DNA from: an uncultured virus (IMG/VR IMGVR_UViG_3300040957_000063) | Taxonomy: Duplodnaviria > Heunggongvirae > Uroviricota > Caudoviricetes | Reading direction: 5' to 3' (one strand) | IMG/VR virus record: IMGVR_UViG_3300040957_000063 | Length of the DNA stretch: 64,000 bases | Shown here: positions 28,697 to 38,893 of the stretch, piece after piece | How the letters are laid out: each line of letters starts with the position of its first letter | Numbering within the stretch: position 1 is the stretch's first letter | Made by a program: the position numbers and the translations under genes | Notes under the pieces: generated by a model | What the model was told of the DNA's origin: nothing | What the model saw: only the letters and a program-made list of their open reading frames with translations | Databases searched by the model: none

Positions 28697-29365
28697 ATGG
28701 TTCAGCAATTTGCTGACATAATGCTTAAAGACTTTTCCAAACAACAGAAGGACCGAAGTGGTTTACACAGGTCCGATGCCATAGCTTGCCCTTTGAGAGG
28801 CTACTGGCGGTTAACAGGTCAAATAAAGGCTATTTATGATAGTAGTAACGTAGGCATACTGCTTATAGGAACTTTAGCTCACATTGCCCTTCATCAGAAC
28901 TTCGATGCTCAAGAAGAACAACACGACCTTCACGGAATCAAGGTAACTATAGATGCTATTTATGGTTTAAACAGCGGTTCAGGCGGCAGACGTTATCCAA
29001 TTGAATCAAAGACTACTCGAAAGAAAATCTACAGCAAAGCAGACCTTCCTCAAGAATGGCTTGAGCAATTAGGAATTGCAATGGGTGTTCTCGATGTTGA
29101 CGTAGGCTACTTAATGATTTTCAACCTCATCAGCTTCAGCATGTCAGTTTGGGAAGTATCAATGGGCAAAGAAGAACGTCAAATGTTTCTGGACGGTGCC
29201 GTTTGGAGCGTAAGCGTAATTCTTGAAGCTGTTGAGAAGAAAACACCAGAGATTCTAACTCCTAAAAGAATGGAGTGTAAATGGTGTCCTTACAGACCTA
29301 TGAGAAAAAGAGAAGATACGGGATGCCCGTATTATAAAGTTGTAGAAGAAAAAGAGATTAGTTAG
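28697..29365 (+). CDS. Cas4-like PD-(D/E)XK exonuclease
   Basis: CP..GTLAH..ID..IESKTT..Q; C-terminal CKWCPY...C Fe-S ligands. Confidence 0.8.
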   Translation: MVQQFADIMLKDFSKQQKDRSGLHRSDAIACPLRGYWRLTGQIKAIYDSSNVGILLIGTLAHIALHQNFDAQEEQHDLHGIKVTIDAIYGLNSGSGGRRYPIESKTTRKKIYSKADLPQEWLEQLGIAMGVLDVDVGYLMIFNLISFSMSVWEVSMGKEERQMFLDGAVWSVSVILEAVEKKTPEILTPKRMECKWCPYRPMRKREDTGCPYYKVVEEKEIS

Positions 29366-29810
29366 GTCTCGGCATCGCTTGTGTTTCGATACGTTGTTCT
29401 TCTATTTTTTCCTCTTTGCAAACACAAACGTCAACTGGTAAACCACAATTCGGGCATTTACCTTTGAGAGCGTAGAGGTCTTCGATTTTGCCTAATGGTT
29501 GTTCTTTCTCTGGAAACTCTAAGTTTTTCAGAACAAGTTCAACCTCAACTTTCGGGTTTACCGCCTTTACGATTAAAAGTAGTTTCTTTAGTCGGCGATG
29601 ACAAACGATTTTTCCGCTTGAATCGGCATATTCTTTCTCTTCATCTAACAAGATTTTTGGGTGATGAACCGCCAACCATAGTGTAGAGTCAAGTTCGCGT
29701 TCTAATCTCTTTTGAATCCTGTTCATATAGACGCAATACTTGATTTTCTTCATTAGCTCTGGATGCGCTTCAATCTCTTCGAGAAACTTTTGCATTTTAT
29801 GGGTTATCAT
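29358..29810 (-). CDS. hypothetical protein with zinc knuckle
   Basis: CPNCG...CVC; own promoter and operator palindrome. Confidence 0.6.
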   Translation of the reverse strand: MITHKMQKFLEEIEAHPELMKKIKYCVYMNRIQKRLERELDSTLWLAVHHPKILLDEEKEYADSSGKIVCHRRLKKLLLIVKAVNPKVEVELVLKNLEFPEKEQPLGKIEDLYALKGKCPNCGLPVDVCVCKEEKIEEQRIETQAMPRPN

Positions 29811-29949
29811 ACTTAATCATCTGATTAATTAATATAACACTTCTTGTATTTAAGTCTTATGGTCAAAAAGTGTTATGAATTTTAACAGAAAACGTTTACA
29901 TAAGATTTAAATAGGAGAACCGTATATAGTATTAATCAGATGATTAAAT

Positions 29950-30411
29950 ATGGCACAAAACGCTAAAGCAGAGGCAATAGCCCAACGGTATAAGAGGACA
30001 CCAGAACAATTAGCTGAAGACATCATAAAGATGGAAGAGGCAAAAAATAAACTAACACAAAGTTCTGCCGAACTTGAAGAGAACTTGAGACATTTTCACG
30101 AAATTCTGGACCCAATATGCGACCCAATCAGCGGAAATGCACTATGCTGGATGCGAAGACCTTCCCAAATTGAGTGGGAAGCAATGGTTCCTACGGAACT
30201 ATTGGCATACAAAAACGATGAGGATATTCCTTTAGAATTACAGGAAAAATACAAAGATAACTCATTTAATATGATGGAAAAACTAATCGTAAAGCCACAG
30301 CATGACGCTCAATGGTGGAAGGAAAATACTGACATAGTATTCCAGAGCTTATTTTCGGCACACCTGTTAGATGTGTATCGAAAATTAGGACTGATGACGG
30401 CAAATTTTTAA
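29950..30411 (+). CDS. tail assembly chaperone (gpG-like); -1 frameshift product extends to 30581
   Basis: Upstream of tape measure; ends A AAT TTT TAA; -1 frame open to TGA at 30579-30581. Confidence 0.7.
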   Translation: MAQNAKAEAIAQRYKRTPEQLAEDIIKMEEAKNKLTQSSAELEENLRHFHEILDPICDPISGNALCWMRRPSQIEWEAMVPTELLAYKNDEDIPLELQEKYKDNSFNMMEKLIVKPQHDAQWWKENTDIVFQSLFSAHLLDVYRKLGLMTANF

Positions 30412-30590
30412 GTAGCGACCACGGATTTAACACTATGGCTGTCTGTGAGTTTCTACATTGCAGTTTCAGCGAACTAACAAATCGATGTCCCTCAATGGCT
30501 GACAGAATGATGATACTCAAGTACATCGTTGAAAAGGGCAAAAAAGAAGAGTATGCTGTTAGACAAGCATCAAGAGGATGATGAGAAAAA

Positions 30591-31061
30591 ATGACATATT
30601 CGGAAGAGATTACAGATAATGGAACCATTGCGGATACTTACGAAAACGTAGAGATGATTATGGATGAAATGGGTTCGGCGGTTGCTATGGAACTTGATGA
30701 GATTTGGATGGACATAAAAGATTTAGCAATTGAGCTATGTCCGAAAGAATCTGGTGGTTTAGCTTCTTCTATTGAGTTAGAAAACGAAGGCGGCTCTGGT
30801 GTGATAGGGTCAGGAGCGACTACTCAGGGCGGCGTAATTTATGAAAACGCGATTTACGCGGGTAATGATTCAACATTCAACTTTGACGGTCAACCTACGA
30901 GCCAATATGCTCAAGCGGTTCACGATGGACATATGACGGCAGATGGAAGTTTCTGGGAAGGTACCCCATTTCTCGAAGATGCCCTTGATACTTATGATGC
31001 AGAATTAGAGGCGGCTGTAGCCCAAGCAATAGATAATTTAACAGGAAGTATATACGGTTAG
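30591..31061 (+). CDS. HK97 gp10-like tail completion/neck protein
   Basis: CPKESGGLASSI...YAQAVHDG...PFLEDA pattern. Confidence 0.7.
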   Translation: MTYSEEITDNGTIADTYENVEMIMDEMGSAVAMELDEIWMDIKDLAIELCPKESGGLASSIELENEGGSGVIGSGATTQGGVIYENAIYAGNDSTFNFDGQPTSQYAQAVHDGHMTADGSFWEGTPFLEDALDTYDAELEAAVAQAIDNLTGSIYG

Positions 31062-31072
31062 GAGTGTAAAGT

Positions 31073-31894
31073 ATGTCATCGTCAGGAGCAAGTTTAAGAA
31101 CTATATGGATTGAAATCAGAGCGATGAATTATGCAGTTAACGTTCTGAACGATGTTCTAAGACAACTTACTACTTTACAAAAAGCTCAAGACCTTACATC
31201 TATTTCGTGTTTCAACATGGCAAAAGCCGCTTTAAGTGCTGGTGTTTTATTTAGCGTTTTAAGCACACAAATCGGTGGTGTAGGTGGACAGGTTTTACAA
31301 TATGCATCATACTTGATGTATGGTGTAGCGGCTATGAATGCCTTTATGGGCATAATGAAGTTACAAAATCTTCAAATATTAACTCAGACTGTTACTGTAA
31401 GGGGACTCTCTATCGCTTATTGGGAACTATTCTTGCCAATTTTAGCGGCAGTAGGAGTATTTATTGCATTACAAGGTTATCTTGGTGCTCTTCCAGCGGC
31501 ATTCGCGGCGGCGGCGGCTGGTGCTGTTGTATTAGCGGCTATACTATGGTATGCGGCTGGTGCAGTAAGCATTATGTCTTTCGGTGGAGCGGCTATACTC
31601 GGAGCGGCGGCTTTAGCGGCGGCGGCTGGTGTAGCTTATGGATTAGAACCACACGCAATGGGTACAAGAATGGTTTCAGAAACAGGACCAGCTTATCTTC
31701 ACAAAGGCGAAGTTGTTTATAACCCAGCTTCGGGCAGACCTACACAGGTTGGCAATGACCTAACTGGTGGCGGCGGAATGGTTCATAACGATAACTCAAT
31801 GACTATAGGGACTGTCAATACAAAGATGGATACAGAAGAATTAGCTACTCTCGTCAAGAAACAACAAAGAACAATAGCTCAAAACAATAGGTGA
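31073..31894 (+). CDS. short tape-measure-like protein
   Basis: Ala/Gly-rich hydrophobic helices; C-terminal HAMG..V..TGPAYLHKGEVV typical of tape-measure C-termini. Confidence 0.65.
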   Translation: MSSSGASLRTIWIEIRAMNYAVNVLNDVLRQLTTLQKAQDLTSISCFNMAKAALSAGVLFSVLSTQIGGVGGQVLQYASYLMYGVAAMNAFMGIMKLQNLQILTQTVTVRGLSIAYWELFLPILAAVGVFIALQGYLGALPAAFAAAAAGAVVLAAILWYAAGAVSIMSFGGAAILGAAALAAAAGVAYGLEPHAMGTRMVSETGPAYLHKGEVVYNPASGRPTQVGNDLTGGGGMVHNDNSMTIGTVNTKMDTEELATLVKKQQRTIAQNNR

Positions 31895-31898
31895 TTAA

Positions 31899-34800
31899 AT
31901 GCCAGTTTGGACAATCTATGTAGCTCACCAAAATGATGTTCGGATTTCTGACAATTGGGGAACCGCACGTAAATGGAAGAAATATGAAATAAACGAAAAG
32001 GTTAGACAGGACTCTCCCCCAGAATTTACAGCTACAATTGAGTATGACTCAGGTATTCAATTCAACGATTTAATTAGATTTGACCGTGATAGTGTAACTC
32101 AATGGGTAGGTTTTGTTGAAGACTTAGAGATTGATTGGGACCAAAATTCACGTTATCTCCTATTAGGCGGACGAGACCTAACTTATTTACTTTGGAGAAA
32201 GTATGTAGAAAACTTTAACAATGCAATAAAATCTACTAATGGATTCTTCGGAAACGTAAATGCTGTTGAATTAACAAAGTTTCTGCTTAGAACCCCACGT
32301 TCAGATTTACCAGAAGTTGAAGATGATAGTCTCGGTACATACTCAATTTATCCTTATAATAAAGAAGGTTGGGGAATTGATATTTCTAACTTTGGACCCG
32401 TAACAACTGGCGGTCATAATACAACAATATCTGGTGAAACTATTGGTGCTGGAAGTACAACAGAAATATTAGAAGCAGATAATTTAGTTCCATCTGACAG
32501 TTGGAATGGTTACAATCTTACATTTACAAGCGGACCTAACTCTGGTCAAACAAGAACAATTCTTAGCTCAATTAACTCAGGATTTCCAGCAGTTATGGTT
32601 TTGACAGTTACATCTCCGTTTCCTCACGCATACGTAACTGGTGACGCATATTCAGTAATTCCAGTTAACAACACAGCTATAGGATATGGTGATTTAGGTC
32701 TTACTCTTTTGAGAAAACGAGATATGGTTTGGGGAAATTCAGGAAGTCCAAATCAGGCAAGCGACCCAACTGGTCAAGGACAAGTATTAACTGCTTCTCT
32801 TGCATATTGGACAGGATATGGTACATCCCCATATATTGACGTTGCTAATCAAGGTAGTCATCCAACAAACTACATAAAATCTTCAATCAACAAGAATGCT
32901 ACTGCGGTATTTACACAAAATGGGGTTTCCTCGTCAAATCCAACTGGAATAAATAGTGTTTATCTTACAATTATAGGAGCATCAGGCTCAAGTTGGGCTT
33001 CGTGGTATGCTTCTAATTGTTACGTTTACATATGGGTTGAATCTTATGGCGGATGGAGTTTGCTTGGAAATTTCGGCGGAAAAAGCTCAGTATTTAGCAG
33101 TAGTTTAAACTGGCGAACAATAACCTTTAATTGTTCAAGCGTCATTAAAACACCAAGCGACTTAGCTAATGCACGAATTCAATTTATAGAGTATGGAAAT
33201 CTTTCTACATTTATCCAATATGCTTATCTTTCAGTCGGATACACAGGCTCAGGAAGCATTTCAGCGGGAGAATGGGTTAACATACAATTTAATCCAGTAG
33301 AATGTATGGGATTCTATATGGAAAGTCGAGCAAGCATAGACCAGTTTCCACAAAATTACCACGTTACAACTCAAGGTGCCCCAGAAACCTTTAATGGTTA
33401 CATATTAGACAATCCCACTTATATCACAGAAGACGATGCTGAAGATACAATCACATTTGACTCTTGGCAAAGCGATAACTCAAGCAAAATCGCATATTTC
33501 TACAGACAAGGAATAAACGCCGATAATACAGGACCAATCGGAGATTTTGATGAGACATTCGCATTTGCTATATCAAGTTCTGAATCTTGCACAAATTATG
33601 CTGGATTTGGTACACCACCAGCATTTGTACCGTTCTGTTTAGCTAATCAAGTAGCTGATTATTCTGTCATACGAAACAACGGCTCTGACTTTACAGCGTT
33701 AGAAGTTCTTAACATCAACAATGTTTTATCGTTGCAACCTGTAGAACGAAGCGGCGGAATTCTTCAGTATAATAACAACCCTTCGATTTCCACTATTGCA
33801 ATCGGTGTTCCATATTATGTTCACGTTACAAGAGTTGGTTCAATAACTACTTACTCTATTTACGGCTCTGAAGCTATGACACCAACTTCGGCAATTTATA
33901 GTTATGTATTTGATTCTGCACCGAATTACGCAACTTATGTTTATCGTTACCAAGCAATAACATTTAATCAGGTCTCTTTGTACGGAACAGTATATTCAAA
34001 TAGTATGGATGTTTACTCAATTGATGGAGAAAGATTCCAAAATCCAAGTTTTGAAAGCGGTTCGAGCGGTGGATGGAGTATTACCGATGGTAGTGTTATT
34101 TTGGACCCGAACGCACATAGCGGCAATTATGATGTAAGTATGCTCGGTCTTGGTGGAATTTGTAAACCAGTACAGGTTTTCAATCCTTCTATTTCATTTA
34201 GTAAATGTACACAATTCGGATTCTGGTGGAAATGTGATATTGTAGGTAAATCATTCGTAGTATCTGTACAATATGATGATTTATCATATTCTGCTGGAAT
34301 AACGCTTAATGCCGCAAATACAACTTGGAACTTTGAGAATTGTTTAGCAGACGGCGTTTGGGATAACACATCAAAAAATGTTATCAATCTAATCGTAAAT
34401 AACTCAGGCTACTATACAGGCAATCACTTATATCTTGATGACTTTACTTGTCAAACATCAGATAATTACCAAAATTGGACACGCGATGGTGGAACCGCAA
34501 GTGTGCTTACAAACACTACAAAACAAATAGAGGGAAGTGCATGTCAACAAGTACATTGCACAGCTAATGGTCAAGGACATTACTTTGAAGAGAATCTTCC
34601 TTCAGCCGTAGAAACGGTAAGGGTAGATGCGTGGGTTAGATGTCCGCCACCAGCAACCGATAGTACAAATCACGACATATTAGCAAATAATTGGTATAAC
34701 GGGTCTTACTCTGACCATTGGGGCGTATATGGTCAATACCCATATATACGAAACAGTAGCAATGAAGACGACAACCATCTTTTCGTTAATGGAACCCAAA

Positions 34801-37800
34801 TTCCATCATATGATGTAAACCATCTAAATGACTATGCTACATTTGACAGTATAGATACTTCATTAAATGTAGGATTCTTTGCTGTTTCAGCAACAACAAA
34901 CTGTAGATTAAACGTATCCTCAAGAATAGTGCAAAATATAGGTGGTACTGGAAGCATCCAAAACTTACATATACGTGCGTATCTTTGGGTTCAACATATG
35001 AATAATGGTGCTGGCGGCTGGGTTCAAATTGGAGATTCAGGAACATATGTTTTTGTTCCATCATTAACAAACTCAAATGCAAGTGCTTGGGCAAATACTT
35101 TCGCTACAATAGACCCATCTTCATATTTATCTTCGATGAATGATTGGATTAACGCAAAAGTAAAACTTGCATTCTATGGAAGCATACAATCTACTGGTGA
35201 CCCATCAAAAGCTCAATTTCAAGTTGGACAGATAAAACTTCATTGGGATGGTGTAGGCTCAAGTGGTTACGTTAATTTGTTAAAAGTAAGCAATAGCTCT
35301 GTTGGTCCTGACCCTCAAGACCCACCTGTTCCACCCGTTTATCCCCCATCTCCATTCGTTTATATAGCTGAGGTTGTGGTTGCGCCGAGCGAATGGGCTT
35401 CAGACCATCAAAGCTATATGAGATTTATGGTTAGAGGATTCGGCGGTTCGCCAGTTGCACAAAATGGAGAATTAGGTACTGGATGGACCGAATTGCCTAT
35501 TCCATATGGTAATTTAGATACCCCGAACCCGTGGGTTAAAATAGGTCTATATGTTAACGTTGGAAATGGAACAGGATATATAAAACTCTTTAACATCACA
35601 AATTGGGACGGTTTAACTTTCGACTCAAACGGTTTTCCAGCGGACGGTGCGTATTTGCTTTGTCAACTTACTGGTCTCACAAACAACGGTACTGGTCTCA
35701 TAGATACAGTTGATTATGAGGCAGAATATGAACACACTTATGGAAACGGTTCTACATATGATACTTATCTTGACTCAATTTATGTGTACACTTTCAATGT
35801 AGAAACACATACAGTAGGAAGCATTTTTGCTGGTCAAGGTCCAGAAATAACTCTGGTAACTGTAACTGATAATTTCTACCCAGACATAATCCATAGTTGG
35901 GAACCTCGAACAATGTCTAACATAAAAATCTACTGTGACGACAATGAAACTGCACACGGTTGGGAAATTACTCAGATATACGTCTATAAAACTGACATAC
36001 CGAAGTTCAGGGTAACTCTTGATGAATCTATTACACCGTTTCCAACCGAGATGAAAATGAACTTCAGAGAAGTTTCTACACCAATTGTCTCACCTTACCT
36101 TAGTGTTGACTATAACGGTACAACTATTACGGTAAGTGACCAATATGGAAACGTAATAATCTCTGGAACACCGTCATCTGCATTCTACGCTGGATTCTTC
36201 TCGATATGGGCAACAAATACAGCTTCATTCTCTGCTGGAACAGAAACTATTAGTTGCGATACACCATACATATTTAATACACAAACCTATGTGGAATTAA
36301 ATAACTCAAGCGGTGGTGCAAATGAAGTTGTTGTTTATAACTATCCTATTTACGCAAAACAACCTTTTCATTACATATTGGATGCTACACATCTAACCTT
36401 TAATGACGATGCATACCTTTATTTCGCTATAGACGATGCTATTTCAGATGATTATTACGGGGTACAAAACGAACTTTATGGCTACATATATTATGATGAT
36501 GAAACCTACTATCTTTGGGTAATTGGAGAAAACAATTTGAATACTTCGCCCCATATATTCTTAAACACAAACCCATATGTTAATGCACAAGATACAGATG
36601 TTGGATTAGGTGTTTATGTTACTGCTTATGACGGTCAATTCGGTAAAAATTATGTAGGTACACTTCTCGATTATGACAATGACAGCCAAGAGTGGCGTGT
36701 TGACACACATGAAGGTATTGCTATTCCTACAGCGGGACAACAAATTCTTTTATACACAAACGGCGGCGGCGAAGGAATTGGTCAAGGAATACTATCAACA
36801 GAAACACAGAATGTTTGGGCTGGTGGACCTTATATTTACTTGAGTGACGCAAATATTGATTTCTCAATATTTAGTACAAGCGAACTTTTCTGGATTGGTC
36901 CAGCAAACATTCCAAAAAACAGATTATCCGATGTTCTTTGGGATATAGCTACTCTCGTAAACGATGACTATGTACCTTTTGAGTGGTGGGTAAGCTATCC
37001 TTCTACAGACCCTAACCACGTTTGCATCGGAGATTTCAATATGGGTCCAAGAAGAGGGGTAGATAGAAGCAACTCTGTTTCATTCGTAACAGGAACAAAT
37101 ATGGAAAGTGTAAAATACCAGCGTTCTTCACGAGATACTTACCAAAGATGCCAAGTAATCGGTTCAGGTGAAGGAAAGAATCAGGATGACACAAGTTCAT
37201 TCTGGCAAAATGACCAAGATGCTATGGATGAAGTAAACGGATTCATAGAAGACATAGTTACTCAGAAACAAGTTAGCGGCGGCAGAATAGCAAACAGATA
37301 TGCAAAAGTTCAATTAAAACTTGATGCCAGCCCGAAAGAAAAGAACGCTATAACATGTGATTTAGGACACGATACTTATCCGAGCGGCACTTATGGTTGT
37401 GGCGATGACGTTGCACTTACAGATTTTCTTACAGGTCTCGGTCCTTCTGACCCTGAAGGTGGAGTTTACAGAATTTGGAATCTGAAGGTATCTGGCGATG
37501 AGAACGGTGAAATGACAGAATTAACTTGCCAAGCACCATATCTTGAAATTGCAAACATTTGGAAAGGTGTTTATAAGCAATTAAAGAGCATAGGAGCTAC
37601 AGGCGTAATGTCTCAGGATTGGACAGGTGATGGAACAGCAACAGACAAAGTTTCGGCAGAAAAACTTACTGATTTATTCTCGGTGTCAGCCAAGAATGAT
37701 GTAATTGACGTTGGTGTAGGTAACACAGACCCTAAATGGGTTGAAAACGCATTTGGTAGTGGCAGTACAAGCAATTGGAATTCTGCCAGCGGAAACTTGG

Positions 37801-38531
37801 CAATGTGGGGTCCAAAAAGCGGTAGCGGTGGTACTTGGGTAGAAGCTGAATATAATGGAACCACAGATTTAGCGGGCAAACAAATAGCTACAGAAACAGT
37901 AAACATTCAAATGAGTCAAGAACCAAAGTTTACTACTACATTCCAAGTTTATCAAGGAGCAGATTCATTAGGAACAACTGATACAATTTGGAACATAGGC
38001 GATTATGTTGATTTCGGATTGTTTACTCACAACTACCAATATCCAGAAGGAATTGACGGTGCTGGATTCATAATTAGAGTAAGATGTGAAGGTGTAGGAA
38101 TATTCAATGCTTACTCGATATTCTGCTCTAATTTTGGCGACTATGAACTACCATTTAATACATTGGTAGCTCAAGGAAAAGCAAAGTTCATTTGCGGAAT
38201 AATTTCAAATACAAAATACAAAGCTATAATAGAAGTAGAAGACAATAGTACCAATTACGGCAATGCATTACCAGAAGTAGTGATTAGCATATCAAACCAA
38301 GAAATAACTAACCCCCCGACATCCTACTCAGTTTGGACACAGTTTAATACTACAGCTATGTTACCTAACCCAACTTCATTCTTCAACACATTCTACGTTA
38401 GACCAATATACATCTTGATTAACGGTAACAAAGCAAGCAACACCGTAAGATGTGAAATGTTCTTCTATAACATAAAATGCCAAATTGACGTAATTCAAGA
38501 AACAGATAATCCATCATTAGGGAGTTCGTAA
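31899..38531 (+). CDS. giant tail tip/baseplate hub-like protein with inserted beta-sandwich domains
   Basis: 2210 aa; hub-like N-terminus and late segment (RRGVDRS..F..G.N..V.Y); NPSFESG CBM-like module. Confidence 0.7.
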   Translation: MPVWTIYVAHQNDVRISDNWGTARKWKKYEINEKVRQDSPPEFTATIEYDSGIQFNDLIRFDRDSVTQWVGFVEDLEIDWDQNSRYLLLGGRDLTYLLWRKYVENFNNAIKSTNGFFGNVNAVELTKFLLRTPRSDLPEVEDDSLGTYSIYPYNKEGWGIDISNFGPVTTGGHNTTISGETIGAGSTTEILEADNLVPSDSWNGYNLTFTSGPNSGQTRTILSSINSGFPAVMVLTVTSPFPHAYVTGDAYSVIPVNNTAIGYGDLGLTLLRKRDMVWGNSGSPNQASDPTGQGQVLTASLAYWTGYGTSPYIDVANQGSHPTNYIKSSINKNATAVFTQNGVSSSNPTGINSVYLTIIGASGSSWASWYASNCYVYIWVESYGGWSLLGNFGGKSSVFSSSLNWRTITFNCSSVIKTPSDLANARIQFIEYGNLSTFIQYAYLSVGYTGSGSISAGEWVNIQFNPVECMGFYMESRASIDQFPQNYHVTTQGAPETFNGYILDNPTYITEDDAEDTITFDSWQSDNSSKIAYFYRQGINADNTGPIGDFDETFAFAISSSESCTNYAGFGTPPAFVPFCLANQVADYSVIRNNGSDFTALEVLNINNVLSLQPVERSGGILQYNNNPSISTIAIGVPYYVHVTRVGSITTYSIYGSEAMTPTSAIYSYVFDSAPNYATYVYRYQAITFNQVSLYGTVYSNSMDVYSIDGERFQNPSFESGSSGGWSITDGSVILDPNAHSGNYDVSMLGLGGICKPVQVFNPSISFSKCTQFGFWWKCDIVGKSFVVSVQYDDLSYSAGITLNAANTTWNFENCLADGVWDNTSKNVINLIVNNSGYYTGNHLYLDDFTCQTSDNYQNWTRDGGTASVLTNTTKQIEGSACQQVHCTANGQGHYFEENLPSAVETVRVDAWVRCPPPATDSTNHDILANNWYNGSYSDHWGVYGQYPYIRNSSNEDDNHLFVNGTQIPSYDVNHLNDYATFDSIDTSLNVGFFAVSATTNCRLNVSSRIVQNIGGTGSIQNLHIRAYLWVQHMNNGAGGWVQIGDSGTYVFVPSLTNSNASAWANTFATIDPSSYLSSMNDWINAKVKLAFYGSIQSTGDPSKAQFQVGQIKLHWDGVGSSGYVNLLKVSNSSVGPDPQDPPVPPVYPPSPFVYIAEVVVAPSEWASDHQSYMRFMVRGFGGSPVAQNGELGTGWTELPIPYGNLDTPNPWVKIGLYVNVGNGTGYIKLFNITNWDGLTFDSNGFPADGAYLLCQLTGLTNNGTGLIDTVDYEAEYEHTYGNGSTYDTYLDSIYVYTFNVETHTVGSIFAGQGPEITLVTVTDNFYPDIIHSWEPRTMSNIKIYCDDNETAHGWEITQIYVYKTDIPKFRVTLDESITPFPTEMKMNFREVSTPIVSPYLSVDYNGTTITVSDQYGNVIISGTPSSAFYAGFFSIWATNTASFSAGTETISCDTPYIFNTQTYVELNNSSGGANEVVVYNYPIYAKQPFHYILDATHLTFNDDAYLYFAIDDAISDDYYGVQNELYGYIYYDDETYYLWVIGENNLNTSPHIFLNTNPYVNAQDTDVGLGVYVTAYDGQFGKNYVGTLLDYDNDSQEWRVDTHEGIAIPTAGQQILLYTNGGGEGIGQGILSTETQNVWAGGPYIYLSDANIDFSIFSTSELFWIGPANIPKNRLSDVLWDIATLVNDDYVPFEWWVSYPSTDPNHVCIGDFNMGPRRGVDRSNSVSFVTGTNMESVKYQRSSRDTYQRCQVIGSGEGKNQDDTSSFWQNDQDAMDEVNGFIEDIVTQKQVSGGRIANRYAKVQLKLDASPKEKNAITCDLGHDTYPSGTYGCGDDVALTDFLTGLGPSDPEGGVYRIWNLKVSGDENGEMTELTCQAPYLEIANIWKGVYKQLKSIGATGVMSQDWTGDGTATDKVSAEKLTDLFSVSAKNDVIDVGVGNTDPKWVENAFGSGSTSNWNSASGNLAMWGPKSGSGGTWVEAEYNGTTDLAGKQIATETVNIQMSQEPKFTTTFQVYQGADSLGTTDTIWNIGDYVDFGLFTHNYQYPEGIDGAGFIIRVRCEGVGIFNAYSIFCSNFGDYELPFNTLVAQGKAKFICGIISNTKYKAIIEVEDNSTNYGNALPEVVISISNQEITNPPTSYSVWTQFNTTAMLPNPTSFFNTFYVRPIYILINGNKASNTVRCEMFFYNIKCQIDVIQETDNPSLGSS

Positions 38532-38533
38532 AT

Positions 38534-38893
38534 ATGGGAATAAGTAGAATTCAAGGACCAGTACACGGTCATAGTGCTTCAAGTTCTGGTAGTGCAATCT
38601 TTAGCGGTACACCAGCAGTTGGCAATGTAATAATAGCGATTATAAGTTCAGGTGACTTCAGCAGTTACTACCACGTTTCTTCTATAACTCAAAGTGGAGT
38701 TAACTGGTCTGTTGCACCAGCGGGAAGAATAGCTGGTCCAGTAAACTTTAACGATGGTAGTTCAGACTTAGAGAATTCCGAAGTTTGGCTTGGCATAGTT
38801 ACGGGTTCTGGCGCAAGCAAAACCGTAAGATGTGAAATGTTCTTCTATAACATAAGATGCCAGATGAATGTATTAACGGAGATAACAACATAA
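38534..38893 (+). CDS. chimeric or truncated structural protein
   Basis: C-terminus TVRCEMFFYNIRCQ duplicates the end of the preceding gene. Confidence 0.5.
   Translation: MGISRIQGPVHGHSASSSGSAIFSGTPAVGNVIIAIISSGDFSSYYHVSSITQSGVNWSVAPAGRIAGPVNFNDGSSDLENSEVWLGIVTGSGASKTVRCEMFFYNIRCQMNVLTEITT

Noticed and set aside
28697..29365. CRISPR-Cas locus suggested by the Cas4-like gene
   Set aside because: No repeat-spacer array or other cas genes seen; solo Cas4-like nucleases are common in archaeal viruses
38433..38875. DGR template/variable repeat pair
   Set aside because: Mismatches are not confined to adenines of one copy, and no reverse transcriptase is in the window
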